The notes under the pieces are model-generated. The model searched no databases and was not told where the DNA came from. It saw nothing but the letters and a program-made list of their open reading frames with translations. A DNA stretch of 64,000 nucleotides, taken from the NCBI GenBank assembly GCA_014728035.1, contig WJMJ01000018.1, positions 1 through 64,000 on the forward strand. The letters are read 5' to 3'. Shown here in pieces: positions 1 to 10,700 of the stretch. This stretch comes from Promethearchaeota archaeon. GTDB lineage: Archaea > Asgardarchaeota > Thorarchaeia > Thorarchaeales > Thorarchaeaceae. Made by a program: the position numbers and the translations under genes. The first letter of the stretch is position 1. The number at the start of each line of letters is the position of its first letter.

Positions 1-2
1 CC

Positions 3-896
3 ATGATCTACACCCCGAAAGCTGCTCCCATGCAGAAATCATTTTATGATGTTGATTTAGAAGAAAAAACTGTAGATGATTTAGAAGAGCTATCAATAGG
101 TAAAAGGACTCTTCAATTTGTTCATGCTCAATTTTTACACTGGCCAGAAACTATGATGACATATCTTGTCGAGGATGAAATAGTTTTCTCCTGTGACGCT
201 TTTGGTTCATTTGGAGCTCTCAATGGAAAACACTTTGATGATGAAATCAACATGGAAATGATTGAAAAAGAGAGCCGAAGATATCTTTCTGCAATCATAA
301 CATCATACCTCAGATTTGTCCAGAGAGCAATTGCCAAAGTCAAAGATTTGGGAATCGGAATCAAAATGATCGCTCCTAGCCACGGGCCCATCTATCGCAA
401 AGATCCAATGTGGGTTGTTAACCATTATGACCAATGGAGTAGAGATGAATTAGATAAGCACGTAGCAATAGTATATGGGTCAATGTATGGATTTAACCAG
501 CGAACTGCATTACTTCTCAAAAAGGAATTGTTAGAACTAGATGTTGAGGTTCGTATCCATAATGTATCATACACTGAGATGAGCAAAGTTCTAGTCGATT
601 CCGTTCGTGCAGGAGTGCTTGTAATAGGAACTCCAACTTATGATGCGCATCCATTTCCAAAGATCTGGGGTTATGTTAATGAGGTCTGTGGGAAACGATT
701 CCCCAAAAGACCAATCTTTCTCTTTGGTAATATGGGATGGGGTGGTGGTGGAGTAAGAAAGCTCAAAGCCCAACTAGAAGATAGCAGATATCAAGTTATG
801 GAACCAATTGTTAAAGTAAAAGCAAGACCAACTGAAGAAAACAAGGCAGAAATCAAAAAGTTGGCAAAAACCATAGCTGAGCAACTACCTAAATGA
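3..896 (+). CDS. fprA: Flavodiiron protein (FprA/A-type flavoprotein), 5'-truncated at window edge
   Basis: Metallo-beta-lactamase-like motifs LHWPETM, FSCDAFGSF and IAPSHG, followed by a flavodoxin domain (YGSMYG, GTPTY, GWGGGG). Confidence 0.9.
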   Translation: MIYTPKAAPMQKSFYDVDLEEKTVDDLEELSIGKRTLQFVHAQFLHWPETMMTYLVEDEIVFSCDAFGSFGALNGKHFDDEINMEMIEKESRRYLSAIITSYLRFVQRAIAKVKDLGIGIKMIAPSHGPIYRKDPMWVVNHYDQWSRDELDKHVAIVYGSMYGFNQRTALLLKKELLELDVEVRIHNVSYTEMSKVLVDSVRAGVLVIGTPTYDAHPFPKIWGYVNEVCGKRFPKRPIFLFGNMGWGGGGVRKLKAQLEDSRYQVMEPIVKVKARPTEENKAEIKKLAKTIAEQLPK

Positions 897-912
897 AAAT
901 CTTTCCGCATGG

Positions 913-937
913 AAGGGATACTATCCAAGTATTCCTT
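913..937. terminator. Hairpin between convergent genes
   Basis: AAGGGATACT...AGTATTCCTT 10-bp stem with one G-U pair, between the fprA stop and the stop of ORF 938-1549. Confidence 0.45.
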
Positions 938-1549
938 TCATCTCGAACCTCTTGCTATTTTTTCCACCAGAACCTCCATCTTCTCCGATAGCAAATCATC
1001 AATGATCTCATAGATTCCATTGAAATCGAAGATCGAGGCTAATAATCTTGCGAATGAAAGATTGTACAGAATTGAAACGGTCGGGTCATTCAGCTGATAT
1101 AGCTGGGAGAGGTTTTCTTTTGCCGTCTTCCTTGGCATTGCAGTTTCTATTACAGTGGTAGCTTTAGATACAGCTTCAGACATATATGACTCGAATTCAT
1201 GTTGTTGCATTCGGCTTCGGATAGGTGCAATGAGAAAGTTAATTGCAAGAGGAACATCTAAATTATCATCCAAATCTGATGTAATACGTTGAAATTCTTC
1301 CCACTCCGATTCTATGTCTAGAGGCAATGTCTTATCAAGTTCAACAAGATATTCATAATGTTGCTCATTTTTGATTAAATCCAAATTTGCTGAAAATGTA
1401 TCAACTAGCGCTTCAGCAACTCTACGTATGTGAGGGATTTTGATTTTGATTCGCTTGTCCCTACTATAGAGAATATCCTCACTATCTGAACAAAACTGCT
1501 GATAAACTAGGTATCTAATCATACCTAGAAGAGAATCGTCCATATCCAT
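938..1549 (-). CDS. Hypothetical alpha-helical protein
   Basis: 203-aa ORF with ATG start, fills the gap between genes; no motif recognised. Confidence 0.7.
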   Translation of the reverse strand: MDMDDSLLGMIRYLVYQQFCSDSEDILYSRDKRIKIKIPHIRRVAEALVDTFSANLDLIKNEQHYEYLVELDKTLPLDIESEWEEFQRITSDLDDNLDVPLAINFLIAPIRSRMQQHEFESYMSEAVSKATTVIETAMPRKTAKENLSQLYQLNDPTVSILYNLSFARLLASIFDFNGIYEIIDDLLSEKMEVLVEKIARGSR

Positions 1550-1697
1550 ACCCGCTCTAATAATTATTATGACCTATGAGTATTTAATATCTTTTGTTAG
1601 TGTATTCAGATGTTTAGTTAAACAAATATCGTTACAAACACAGCCTTAATAGTACTAATGAGTCTGCATACCCAGTTGTTACTACCTTGTAGAAACA

Positions 1698-2297
1698 ATG
1701 GAGGAAAATAATTTGGATTTGAAAGGAACAGAAACTGAAAAGAACCTCCTCATATCATTTGCAGGTGAATCACAAGCAAGAAACAGATACACCTACTACG
1801 CTAAAGAAGCAAAGAAAGAAGGTTACGTGCAAATTCAGCAAGTCTTTCTTGAAACTGCTGATCAAGAAAAGGAACACGCAAAGAGATTCTTCAAATTTCT
1901 AAAGAAGGGTGGAGCTACTCCAATGTTGGAAGTCGGTTATGAATTTCCATCCGGACCTTTAGGTACAACTGAAGAGAACCTTAGAGCAGCTGCAGCAGGC
2001 GAGAAACATGAGCATTCCAAGATGTATCCTGGTTTTGCTGAAATTGCAGAGAAGGAAGGATTCTCTGAAATTGCACATACTTGGAGGATGATTGCAAAAG
2101 CGGAACAATGGCATGAAGAGAGATACTTAAAGCTTGCAGAGAATATCGCAAACGGTACTGTATTCAAGCGTAATGAAAAAATCAAGTGGGAATGTCAGAA
2201 TTGTGGATACATCCATGAAGGAACTCATCCACCTGATAAATGCCCTGCATGTGATCATGCAAAAGCCTACTTCAAAATTCATTTTGGCAATTTCTAA
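1698..2297 (+). CDS. rbr: Rubrerythrin
   Basis: FAGESQARNRY, EKEHA and EQWHE di-iron motifs; C-terminal rubredoxin-like CQNCG...CPAC. Confidence 0.95.
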   Translation: MEENNLDLKGTETEKNLLISFAGESQARNRYTYYAKEAKKEGYVQIQQVFLETADQEKEHAKRFFKFLKKGGATPMLEVGYEFPSGPLGTTEENLRAAAAGEKHEHSKMYPGFAEIAEKEGFSEIAHTWRMIAKAEQWHEERYLKLAENIANGTVFKRNEKIKWECQNCGYIHEGTHPPDKCPACDHAKAYFKIHFGNF

Positions 2298-2305
2298 ATC
2301 TTTAC

Positions 2306-2342
2306 ACCTTGGCTTAACAAGTCAAGGTTCTTTCTTTATTTT
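2306..2342 (+). terminator. Hairpin plus U-rich tract after rbr
   Basis: ACCTTGGCTT-AAC-AAGTCAAGGT stem followed by TCTTTCTTTATTTT. Confidence 0.55.
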
Positions 2343-2499
2343 CACAGACATTTATTCTGCGTCCAATATCCAAGAAAATTGGATTGCGAAAATTTTCAGT
2401 TGAATAATTAAAATAACAAGTATATTGCATCGGGCTCGTATTATAATTAGTAAGAAAATCACTTTTATTGTGGTTTAAAGTCAGAAAGTATATGATAGT

Positions 2500-3612
2500 T
2501 TGGGAGGTCTGAGGAAACCAGTAGATGTAATTCAGGAAGTTATAGATCGATGGGACTATCGGCAGAAATATCCATGGACTATCGGAAAAAGCAGAGAAGT
2601 CGAAAACGACTCAAAAACAATATTAGAATACGTTGTTAAAGAACTGGAAATTGGGAAAGAAGAATTTAGAAAGAAAAAGTACAAAGATGCTTATCTAAGA
2701 CTTGAGAAAATACATCAACATCTCACGGAAAACAGCAGAGTTTTGAAAACACACCTAGGAAGAAAAAGATTCGACGAATTAGAAAATAGCGTTAGAAGAG
2801 AGTTCTTTATTGCAAAAGCTGAAAGCATTTGTATAGATTTAGAAGATGTAATTGAAACGATTAAGCATTTTACGACCAATCCAAATCTGGAAACATCACC
2901 ATTGGAGCTGAAGAAAAAAGGAGAGAAACTAGCTGAAGATTTCGATGATCTTTGTAAAGAGCCTACTGTCAGATCATATCAGATTAGATGTCAACATCTA
3001 ACAGACCAATTCATTTCTGCAATCTCTGAAATTCCTGATGATGAATTCAAGAGTGGGAGTATTTCAGAAACACTCAAGGATGCATTTGGACAACTCTCAA
3101 AGAAATTAAGACCAAAAAGCAGCGTAGAGATTTCTCTTGGTAAACTACTCAAGGACTTGGAAATTACCTTACAACAATCATATTCAGAAGAACTGACAAT
3201 CAAAGAACGAATATACAAACTTCAGAAGACAATACTACACTTGGAAGAGATATATGAAGATATTGAACAAGAAGAAAAACTAGCTGAAAAGACTCGGTCT
3301 AAAATTGCAGAAGGAAAAGAACGAGTCGAAGAGCTTAGAAATATAGATAAGATAACCACTTTGCCAGATGAAATAGAGTATATTCGCAATCGAGACCAAG
3401 CTTTAAGGGAAGGAGATGCATTTCTTTGGAAAATAAAATCGGACCTTAAAGAGATAGAGAATTATCAGAAAGATAGTGATAGATACTGGGAACTTTACGA
3501 AGAAATTCAGAATAATATCCTAAAACTGAGAGCTTTGGTAGAACACTTTGATATATCATATATTTCGGTAGAACTGGAGAAGCTAGAAGAAGTCTACGAG
3601 AAACTTGGTTGA
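2500..3612 (+). CDS. Hypothetical coiled-coil/helical protein
   Basis: 370-aa E/K/L-rich ORF, TTG start. Confidence 0.7.
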   Translation: MGGLRKPVDVIQEVIDRWDYRQKYPWTIGKSREVENDSKTILEYVVKELEIGKEEFRKKKYKDAYLRLEKIHQHLTENSRVLKTHLGRKRFDELENSVRREFFIAKAESICIDLEDVIETIKHFTTNPNLETSPLELKKKGEKLAEDFDDLCKEPTVRSYQIRCQHLTDQFISAISEIPDDEFKSGSISETLKDAFGQLSKKLRPKSSVEISLGKLLKDLEITLQQSYSEELTIKERIYKLQKTILHLEEIYEDIEQEEKLAEKTRSKIAEGKERVEELRNIDKITTLPDEIEYIRNRDQALREGDAFLWKIKSDLKEIENYQKDSDRYWELYEEIQNNILKLRALVEHFDISYISVELEKLEEVYEKLG

Positions 3613-3624
3613 AAATATGAATAA

Positions 3625-3717
3625 GAGTGGCGCAGTCAGCGGTGTTGTGGGAGGGGGGATTGTTGAGACATTTTCGGGGATTGACAAAACAAGTGTTGCT
3701 GACTTATTTCGCCACTC
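3625..3717. other. Long intergenic stem-loop, possible structured RNA
   Basis: GAGTGGCG/CGCCACTC and AGTCAGC/GCTGACT arms; GC-richer than the flanks. Confidence 0.45.
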
Positions 3718-3790
3718 GCTAAGATGTTCCCGTATTGGCACAATATATCACTGAGTGTTATTCACACCTTATACAGGTCTGACCCTATGT

Positions 3791-4381
3791 CTAGAATGAA
3801 CCATCATATCTTTCAAAGAATGATTTGGTTAGAAATGCCCGATATGCAAATCCACCCCATCCGGACTGTTTCATCAGCTCATTGACCTCTTCTAGCAATT
3901 GTTTTCGGGTCATGGTCGTAACTTCAGCAATCTCATAGGTATCGATTGGGTTTAGCTCACCAGCAACATAGTCTGCAAGAAAAACAAGAGAGCGCCATGG
4001 TATTAACCCAGAGGAGCATCTGACGTTAAGACTTAGGTCAAGCACGAACTCTTTCAACTTCACTTCAGTACCAGTTTCTTCATACATTTCACGTAATGCT
4101 GCTTCTTCTATACTCTCCCCAGGATAGGCACCACCAGAGGGAGCCCTATAGATCCCAGTGCCTGCATAATCATGCTTCTGTATAACAATGAATTCAGAAC
4201 CCTTTCTAATGAAACAGGTTATATCATGATTCCTCCCTTTTGCTGCACTTCTTTGTACTAATTCACATTCAAAATCAAGAAAGTCAGCGGCAAAGCTAAG
4301 TCTATCTGGTTTACCATATTTCTCAATCATTTGCAAATAATCACGAGGATCCAGACCAGTCAGCATAGTTCGGTCAAACAT
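3791..4381 (-). CDS. NUDIX hydrolase
   Basis: Nudix box GGAYPGESIEEAALREMYEETG. Start moved to ATG 4381 (or 4366) because the longer ORF overlaps the macrodomain gene. Confidence 0.88.
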   Translation of the reverse strand: MFDRTMLTGLDPRDYLQMIEKYGKPDRLSFAADFLDFECELVQRSAAKGRNHDITCFIRKGSEFIVIQKHDYAGTGIYRAPSGGAYPGESIEEAALREMYEETGTEVKLKEFVLDLSLNVRCSSGLIPWRSLVFLADYVAGELNPIDTYEIAEVTTMTRKQLLEEVNELMKQSGWGGFAYRAFLTKSFFERYDGSF

Positions 4382-4465
4382 GTAGCGGATAATAAAGCAA
4401 AAAGAATTGTGGCACGACAATTTTTTACGCACTCGCGTACTAATAGGATATAGAGAGGAATAAGC

Positions 4466-4996
4466 TTGGGAATAAAGAAGACAATAGGAGAAATATTGGT
4501 AGAAGTACATAAGGGAGATATCACTTCCTTTGAAGTCAGTGCTATTGTAAACGCAGCGAATTCTGCCTTGTGGATGGGTTCGGGGGTTGCAGGTGCAATT
4601 AAGAGCAAAGGCGGTACAGAAATTGAGGCGGAAGCTATGGCTAAAGGACCTATTCTTCCTGGTCAAGCTGTTATTACTACAGCGGGGAAACTTCCAGCAA
4701 AGTACGTGATTCATTGTGCAGGGATGGCGCCTGGTGAGCCTGCTAAAGCAGATTATGTCAGATCATCAGTAACTCATGCTCTCCAGTTAGCTTCAGATAA
4801 GAACCTTGATACAATCTCATTTCCAGCAATTGGAGCTGGAGTTGGAGGTCTTACCCACAAAGAGTCGGCAATGGCAATTCTTGAAGCAGTATCAGAATAT
4901 GCTAATGGGTCTGGTTCTGTTAAGAAAATCCTGCTAATTGGTTACGAAGATAAAAGCGTAGATGTTTTCAAAAAAACCTTGAGAAGATTTGGGTGA
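4466..4996 (+). CDS. Macrodomain protein (ADP-ribose binding / O-acetyl-ADP-ribose deacetylase, YmdB-like)
   Basis: GDIT, AIVNAAN, GSGVAGAI, YVIH and FPAIGAGVGG motifs. Confidence 0.92.
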   Translation: MGIKKTIGEILVEVHKGDITSFEVSAIVNAANSALWMGSGVAGAIKSKGGTEIEAEAMAKGPILPGQAVITTAGKLPAKYVIHCAGMAPGEPAKADYVRSSVTHALQLASDKNLDTISFPAIGAGVGGLTHKESAMAILEAVSEYANGSGSVKKILLIGYEDKSVDVFKKTLRRFG

Positions 4997-5474
4997 AGAG
5001 ATGAAAGAGTGGGATATTGCTGATATCAGTATTCGGTTGCAACTTGGACCAATAGATGATTCAGCTATGGACCTAGTTGTCAAGACTAGAAATATTTCAT
5101 TAGGATTAGCACCACCTGGTACTCCTTTAGCAGCTGGTTCTATATCAATGAAAGAAGAAACCTCAGCTAAGGATTGCATATATTGGCCTGCAATTGCATT
5201 GAGTGATACTGATAGAAGAAATAGAATCTTCAAAGCAGCAGAAAAAGCTCTGGAGAGAGCTATTAATACTAAAGCAAATGATATTGGTTTTTTTACTATG
5301 GGACTTGAAGTTGCAAGGATACCATCTTGGGAAATAGCAGAAGAAATTGTGAAAGCTGTAGTAGCACATGGCAAGAATCATTCATCGCTACTGAAAATCA
5401 ATCTGATAGCAAGTACACCCACCCAAGTGAGTTCTTTTGAATTTGCGTTGAACAATTGGCAAATACTACCATAA
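4989..5474 (+). CDS. Degenerate macrodomain-like protein
   Basis: Overlaps the upstream gene by 8 nt. C-terminal half resembles the macro fold (ALERA...IGFFTMG...AEEIVKAV) but lacks the NAAN/GGG motifs. Confidence 0.55.
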   Translation: MGEEMKEWDIADISIRLQLGPIDDSAMDLVVKTRNISLGLAPPGTPLAAGSISMKEETSAKDCIYWPAIALSDTDRRNRIFKAAEKALERAINTKANDIGFFTMGLEVARIPSWEIAEEIVKAVVAHGKNHSSLLKINLIASTPTQVSSFEFALNNWQILP

Positions 5475-5480
5475 AGTAGA

Positions 5481-5500
5481 AGGTTAGCCGAAGCTAACCT
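5481..5500. terminator. Perfect hairpin between convergent genes
   Basis: AGGTTAGC-CGAA-GCTAACCT (UUCG loop on the minus strand). Confidence 0.6.
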
Positions 5501-5506
5501 AGGATA

Positions 5507-6868
5507 TTATATTTTCAATCTTCGACGTGCTGCAAGAGCTGAAGTAACCATAGGATCCCAAGTATCACAGATAGCTGGAGCATAGCAGTTTTCAAAATCA
5601 AATAAATCAGCTGCATCAATATTGTGCTGTATACCCAATGTGACGACGTTAATCCTCATAGCAGCATCTTCGAGTGACACCATCTGGCCTCCTACAAGTT
5701 TTCCTGTTTCTTTATGATAATATGTCTTCACTTTGATTTCCTTCCCGCCTTTGTAATAGGGAGGTTTGGTGAGACCTTTAATAGAGCCAACAGCTAAAGG
5801 TACTTCATATTTGTCAGCCATGTCTTTGGTGAGACCAGTACTAGCAATCTCCATACCGAATAGCTTTGTTACTTTGGCCCCGACAATCCCAGGAAATGTT
5901 TCATCACCACCTGCTGCATTGATACCAGCAACACGAGCCTGTCTAACAGCAATGGTACCCAATCCTCCTGTTAAGCGATTCTTAGTGATGAATTCTGCAC
6001 CTTCTGCACAGTCTCCGCAAGCATAGACATTGGCTATATTTGTTAGCATTTTCTCATCTGTTACTATACCACGTGAGGGCCCGATTTTACAACCGATAGA
6101 TTCTGCAAGTTCAGTTATCGGTCGAACACCTGTAGCAACTATGACTATATCAGCAGGAATTTCTGATTCTTCTCCAGATTCACGATTCTTTATGATGACA
6201 CCTTTTGGTTCATCGCTTCCAGTGATTTCTTGAGCTGCTGTATTTAGAACTAGGTTTACACCGTGCTCTTGACAGTGATCCTCAACTATTTTTGCCATAT
6301 CTGAATCGAGCATTGCTAACAAGATATGAGGGAGGAATTCAACAATGGTGACATCTGCACCACATTCGTGAAACGCTTCAGCTGTTTCCACACCAACGAG
6401 TCCTCCACCGATAACCACTACGTTCTTAGCTTTATCAACTTCTTTGGCAAGAGCTTTTGCATCATTTAAAGTCCGAAGACCATATACTCGTTTCTTATCA
6501 AGACCTTTGATTGGTGGATCAGCGTTCTCAGCACCTGTAGCAAAGATTAGAGCATCGTACTCCAATTCACCTGATTCGTCCGGACCTTCATATTTCAGAA
6601 TCATAGAATCATGATTTATTTCTGTTACAGTTGTCTGAAGTTTTGCATCGATTTTCATCATTGACCAATTATCTTCATCTGTAAGAATTAAATCCTCAAA
6701 ATCTTCGACTTTCCCTGAGATGGTATATGGGAGTCCGCATCTGGAGTATTGCGAGTAAGGCTCGATATTGAAGATGGTTATCTCAGCTTTTCTGTTGAAT
6801 TTTCGGGCTTGCATTGCCGCTGTAGCACCAGCAGCTCCACACCCTATTACGGCAATTCGATCAGCCAT
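5507..6868 (-). CDS. FAD-dependent NADH oxidase / CoA-disulfide reductase family
   Basis: GCGAAG FAD motif, single-Cys YSRCGLPY, GGGLVGVE NAD motif, YACGD, C-terminal YAP. Likely start MADRI at 6868 (alternative 6880). Confidence 0.9.
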   Translation of the reverse strand: MADRIAVIGCGAAGATAAMQARKFNRKAEITIFNIEPYSQYSRCGLPYTISGKVEDFEDLILTDEDNWSMMKIDAKLQTTVTEINHDSMILKYEGPDESGELEYDALIFATGAENADPPIKGLDKKRVYGLRTLNDAKALAKEVDKAKNVVVIGGGLVGVETAEAFHECGADVTIVEFLPHILLAMLDSDMAKIVEDHCQEHGVNLVLNTAAQEITGSDEPKGVIIKNRESGEESEIPADIVIVATGVRPITELAESIGCKIGPSRGIVTDEKMLTNIANVYACGDCAEGAEFITKNRLTGGLGTIAVRQARVAGINAAGGDETFPGIVGAKVTKLFGMEIASTGLTKDMADKYEVPLAVGSIKGLTKPPYYKGGKEIKVKTYYHKETGKLVGGQMVSLEDAAMRINVVTLGIQHNIDAADLFDFENCYAPAICDTWDPMVTSALAARRRLKI

Positions 6869-7355
6869 TAGTAGCACCATTAGATATCTAATAATAATCC
6901 AATTCCTCCCATAGCTCAACTTCAATGTTTGGGAGTAGGATACACTTCCTTAGAAAATGCTAATTAATAAATCAAACTTTGAATATTGACAGGATTTGAG
7001 TATTAGACAATTCACGATATCCTGACTCCAATCAGATATCCTGTGTTTGTAAAGACGATTTCCTAAATTAAGAAAACGAAAATTATCAGAAAGTAAAAAG
7101 GTCTGATACCACCAAAATGAATAGAATTATGATAAATGTAAAAGCTAGCCCCAAGATGAAAGAAGCTTCATGTAACCACAACAACAGTCTAATGTGTATT
7201 ATTTGAATCGGTTGGTGCTGGAGAGCTCGTTTTCTAAATTTAATAACTCAATCTTGTTTCAGAGAAAAAAGAAGTATCAAAGAAATACGGTAAAAGTAAA
7301 ACGAATTTTTAATAAGTAAAGAAAATGTAATACTATCCGATTTGCTTCAGGAGAA

Positions 7356-7592
7356 ATGATTATGCAATTCGGTGAAATTCTGGAAGGTTTGGAATTAGTT
7401 TTCCTAATCATAATTGCAGGAATTGCCTTAGTAATAGCGATTTGTGTAATAGGTTGTGATTATGCTACAACACCCAGCGGAAAAAAAGACAAACCTGAAG
7501 GAGAAAAAGAAGTAGAAACAACTCCCAAGGATTATGCAATTATCTGCGTGATTCTAATTTTTATAATGGTTGCAATAAACGTTATTTTCTAA
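7356..7592 (+). CDS. Small membrane protein (2 TM)
   Basis: AGGAG RBS before ATG; two hydrophobic segments around a charged loop. Confidence 0.55.
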   Translation: MIMQFGEILEGLELVFLIIIAGIALVIAICVIGCDYATTPSGKKDKPEGEKEVETTPKDYAIICVILIFIMVAINVIF

Positions 7593-7714
7593 AAATGCAA
7601 TATAATAGGAAGACACACAAATTATCATGAGAAGATGAGTACTAGAATAGTAGGTGAAATGGAAAAATCATAAAAGCAGTAAATTTCCGCAAAGGATAGC
7701 CAGCCCCCTGTTGG

Positions 7715-10700
7715 TTGAGTAGTCAGTGGAATGAATTCTGCATGCCAATAAATCAAATAGAAAGAAAATCAATCAGCACACCAAAAAGACTCGGAAATCA
7801 TAACCTATTAAGGTTGATTTTTTTGGTTCTTTATTTACTAATTCTGGTACCTTCTACTGGAACAATTACACCTTCTCCAAATCAAAAGGATTTGTTCATT
7901 CAAGAAACAGTGACACCTGCTAGCGAGAACCTCGTGCATCTTACCTTACCTGGGTCATATTATTGTAAAGCTGGAAGAATCGATAATAGTAGTGGTATTG
8001 CTTACCTCAACCCTGAAACTGACTTGATTACATTTGTCAATCCGAATTTAGATACAACCAGAAGCTTAGATGTACCAATCGGAGAAGTAGATCCTGATAC
8101 ACTTGTACCAATTGACTTTGATTTAGATAACAATACAGAGTTTCTGTATTGTAGTTATACTGATACTTATGAATGGTACATAATCTTAGCAGATTTCGAT
8201 ACCAATACTAGCCAAGTCTATCCGAGAGGTGTGGGTTACAAAGATGTGAGTATTGAGGGTATTGGATATTATACAGATGATGAAATTCCGGACATAGTTA
8301 CGATAAGTGATGATACTTCCGGGATGAGAAGATCTCTATCAGTGTTCGACCTACAACATAATACATCACTCTGGGAAATTTCAGTAGGTCAATTGATGAT
8401 ATTTGAAAGAATCACTACAGGTAGGTTTGTTGATGAAAAAACAGATGCCGTTGCAGCCATGATTCGTGGCCCTTCATTTGATGAATATAATTTGAGTGTT
8501 GTTGCAAGCAACGGAACTATTGTATCTTCAATAAAGGTCAACTTCTTAGATGCAATTCAGACATTCAGATATGGTGTAGGATTTGATGAAATTATAACCT
8601 ATGACTATTTCCAGAATCTGACAGTGTATTCAGCTTCTGACTTGTCTATCATTTATAGTGTAATTCAAAATAATACTGATAACTCATATTCGCAAATTAG
8701 AACGGGATTCTTCAACAGCGATGAACAGGAAGATATAGTTATTCTAAGTGGTGGAGAATATGTGGCAATGTTTGTTGATGGAAATGACGGGATAGAGTTT
8801 CAACGTACAGAGCAGATAATGGGAAATGATGCCTTTCCAAACCGACCTAATTCAGCTGTTGGAAACCTAGATGCTGACAATCTTACCGATTTAGCTGCGT
8901 ATCATCTCTCAGGACATCCAGCAATGATACGTGGAGTTGATGGTGAAGCAGCATATATAGAAGAGAATGCTGACACTCCTAGTTTGAATCTAGTACATGA
9001 TATCAACGATGATGGCCGAGATGATATAATCAGCCAACATCAACAGGATGTGTATCTTATACTTAGTGACACCCAATCACCTATTCTATCTCAACTTGAG
9101 ATTAGTCCAACACATCCCACCATTCTTGATCCCTACATATCAATGAAAATAGAAGTAGACGAAACTACATCTATTGAAACATCAGAACTCCACCTATCCG
9201 AACCAGATGAAATACTGATAGAAAATTCAGTTTACCAAATGGCGAAATCTCTAACAGGAGAATACTACTCGTTTCTCCTTGATTTGGAAGCCGCAGAATA
9301 TGGATATTGGATCTTGTTTAGAGATGCATATCTAAATGAAGCAGAAGTTGGATCTTCAATAGTACCTGAAACTTTCCAAGTATCAGGGCATACATTGTGG
9401 AAATATCTACATCCAGATTTACCAACATATGGGTGGCAATCAAACATTCTTGAGGTTGGGAATTCGTCCTCAGGAAATCCTGTTATTTACTCATTGGAAA
9501 AAGAGTCAACTAATCTAATATTGAGAGTATTCGACCATGAAGGGAATCTACTTGATTCAATTCCCATTGGTATATTGAATATGAACTATTACATGATTAC
9601 CACAGGTAACTTTGATGGTGATTCTATAATCGACCCAGTTGTGATTATTTCAGAGAATTCAGGTACCACCTGTCATATCTATCATGGGAGCAATATGACT
9701 GAATATCAAAGTATACCGTTTGGATTTAATGCAAATGAGATTTGGTATTATTCTATCGATGATTATCTGGGAGGGCCTCTGAATCAAATTCATATAGCCA
9801 GCGACAAAATTCAGAAGCTCACTTCAATTCGTCCAGATGGAACCATAGATACAACTGATATGCATAATGTCTTTGATTATTCCGTAGATGGATTAGCAAC
9901 TGCAAAGTCTAGTAATCCAAGTTATTCCGACATATGTGTTGTACGTAATAGAACTGATTACTACTTCTATTATGGTAACACTCACGTACAGTTCAATCAA
10001 TATAATCTGTCAATTAATGCAGACCAGATTGATTTTGAGAGAGGAGATACATTCAAAATAGATAAAAAACCCTATAGTAAATTTATTACTTCTTATACTA
10101 CTTGGGAAGGAGGCATTCCTACCATTAGGCTATTCACATTCGAAGCATATGAAGGAGAGGAGACTGAATTCACTATTTCGGGAGAATCCTTCGAACTTAT
10201 GGAATTGTACGATGTTAATGAAGACGGAAATGATGATGTGTTCATTTTATGCTCTTCAGGTAATGCGTATCTGATCGATATGGTTTCTGAACAAATTATT
10301 TGGAATACTACAATCAGTGATTCAACTCCGATGTGTAGTGAAACTCTGGACTTTGATGGAGATGGTATTGTCGATTTTGCAGTTGCTACGCAGCAAGATG
10401 AACAGATTAGTATTATAGATTCCAATTCTGGAGAAACTATTAGATTTTTCAGGATGGGAGAAATTTGGGATATGAAGACAGTTGGTCAGGTAGATAGAGG
10501 TCTCGGTGACGATATTGTAGCATTCCCTGTTAGAGATGATGCAGACAACACACAGATGTACACCATAAGAGATATCGATTGGTTTTACAGAATGAATGCT
10601 TCAGTCAGTATTCCAGCAAATTTCACTCTACAAAACAATCCATTCTCGGTAAATGTGTCTGTTAGGAATATCTGGAACGAATCAATAGAAGATGCTACTG

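Noticed and set aside
3625-3717. SECIS element or tRNA
   Set aside because: No AUGA/GA core, no cloverleaf or T-loop motif, and no adjacent TGA-interrupted gene recognised
4382-4714. N-terminal extension of the NUDIX ORF
   Set aside because: It is the antisense of the macrodomain gene; the real start is near 4381
7086-7247. Minus-strand hydrophobic reading frame (…FILGLAFTFIIILFILVV…) in an intergenic gap
   Set aside because: Short, no convincing start or RBS; T-rich sequence easily gives hydrophobic frames. At most a gene remnant
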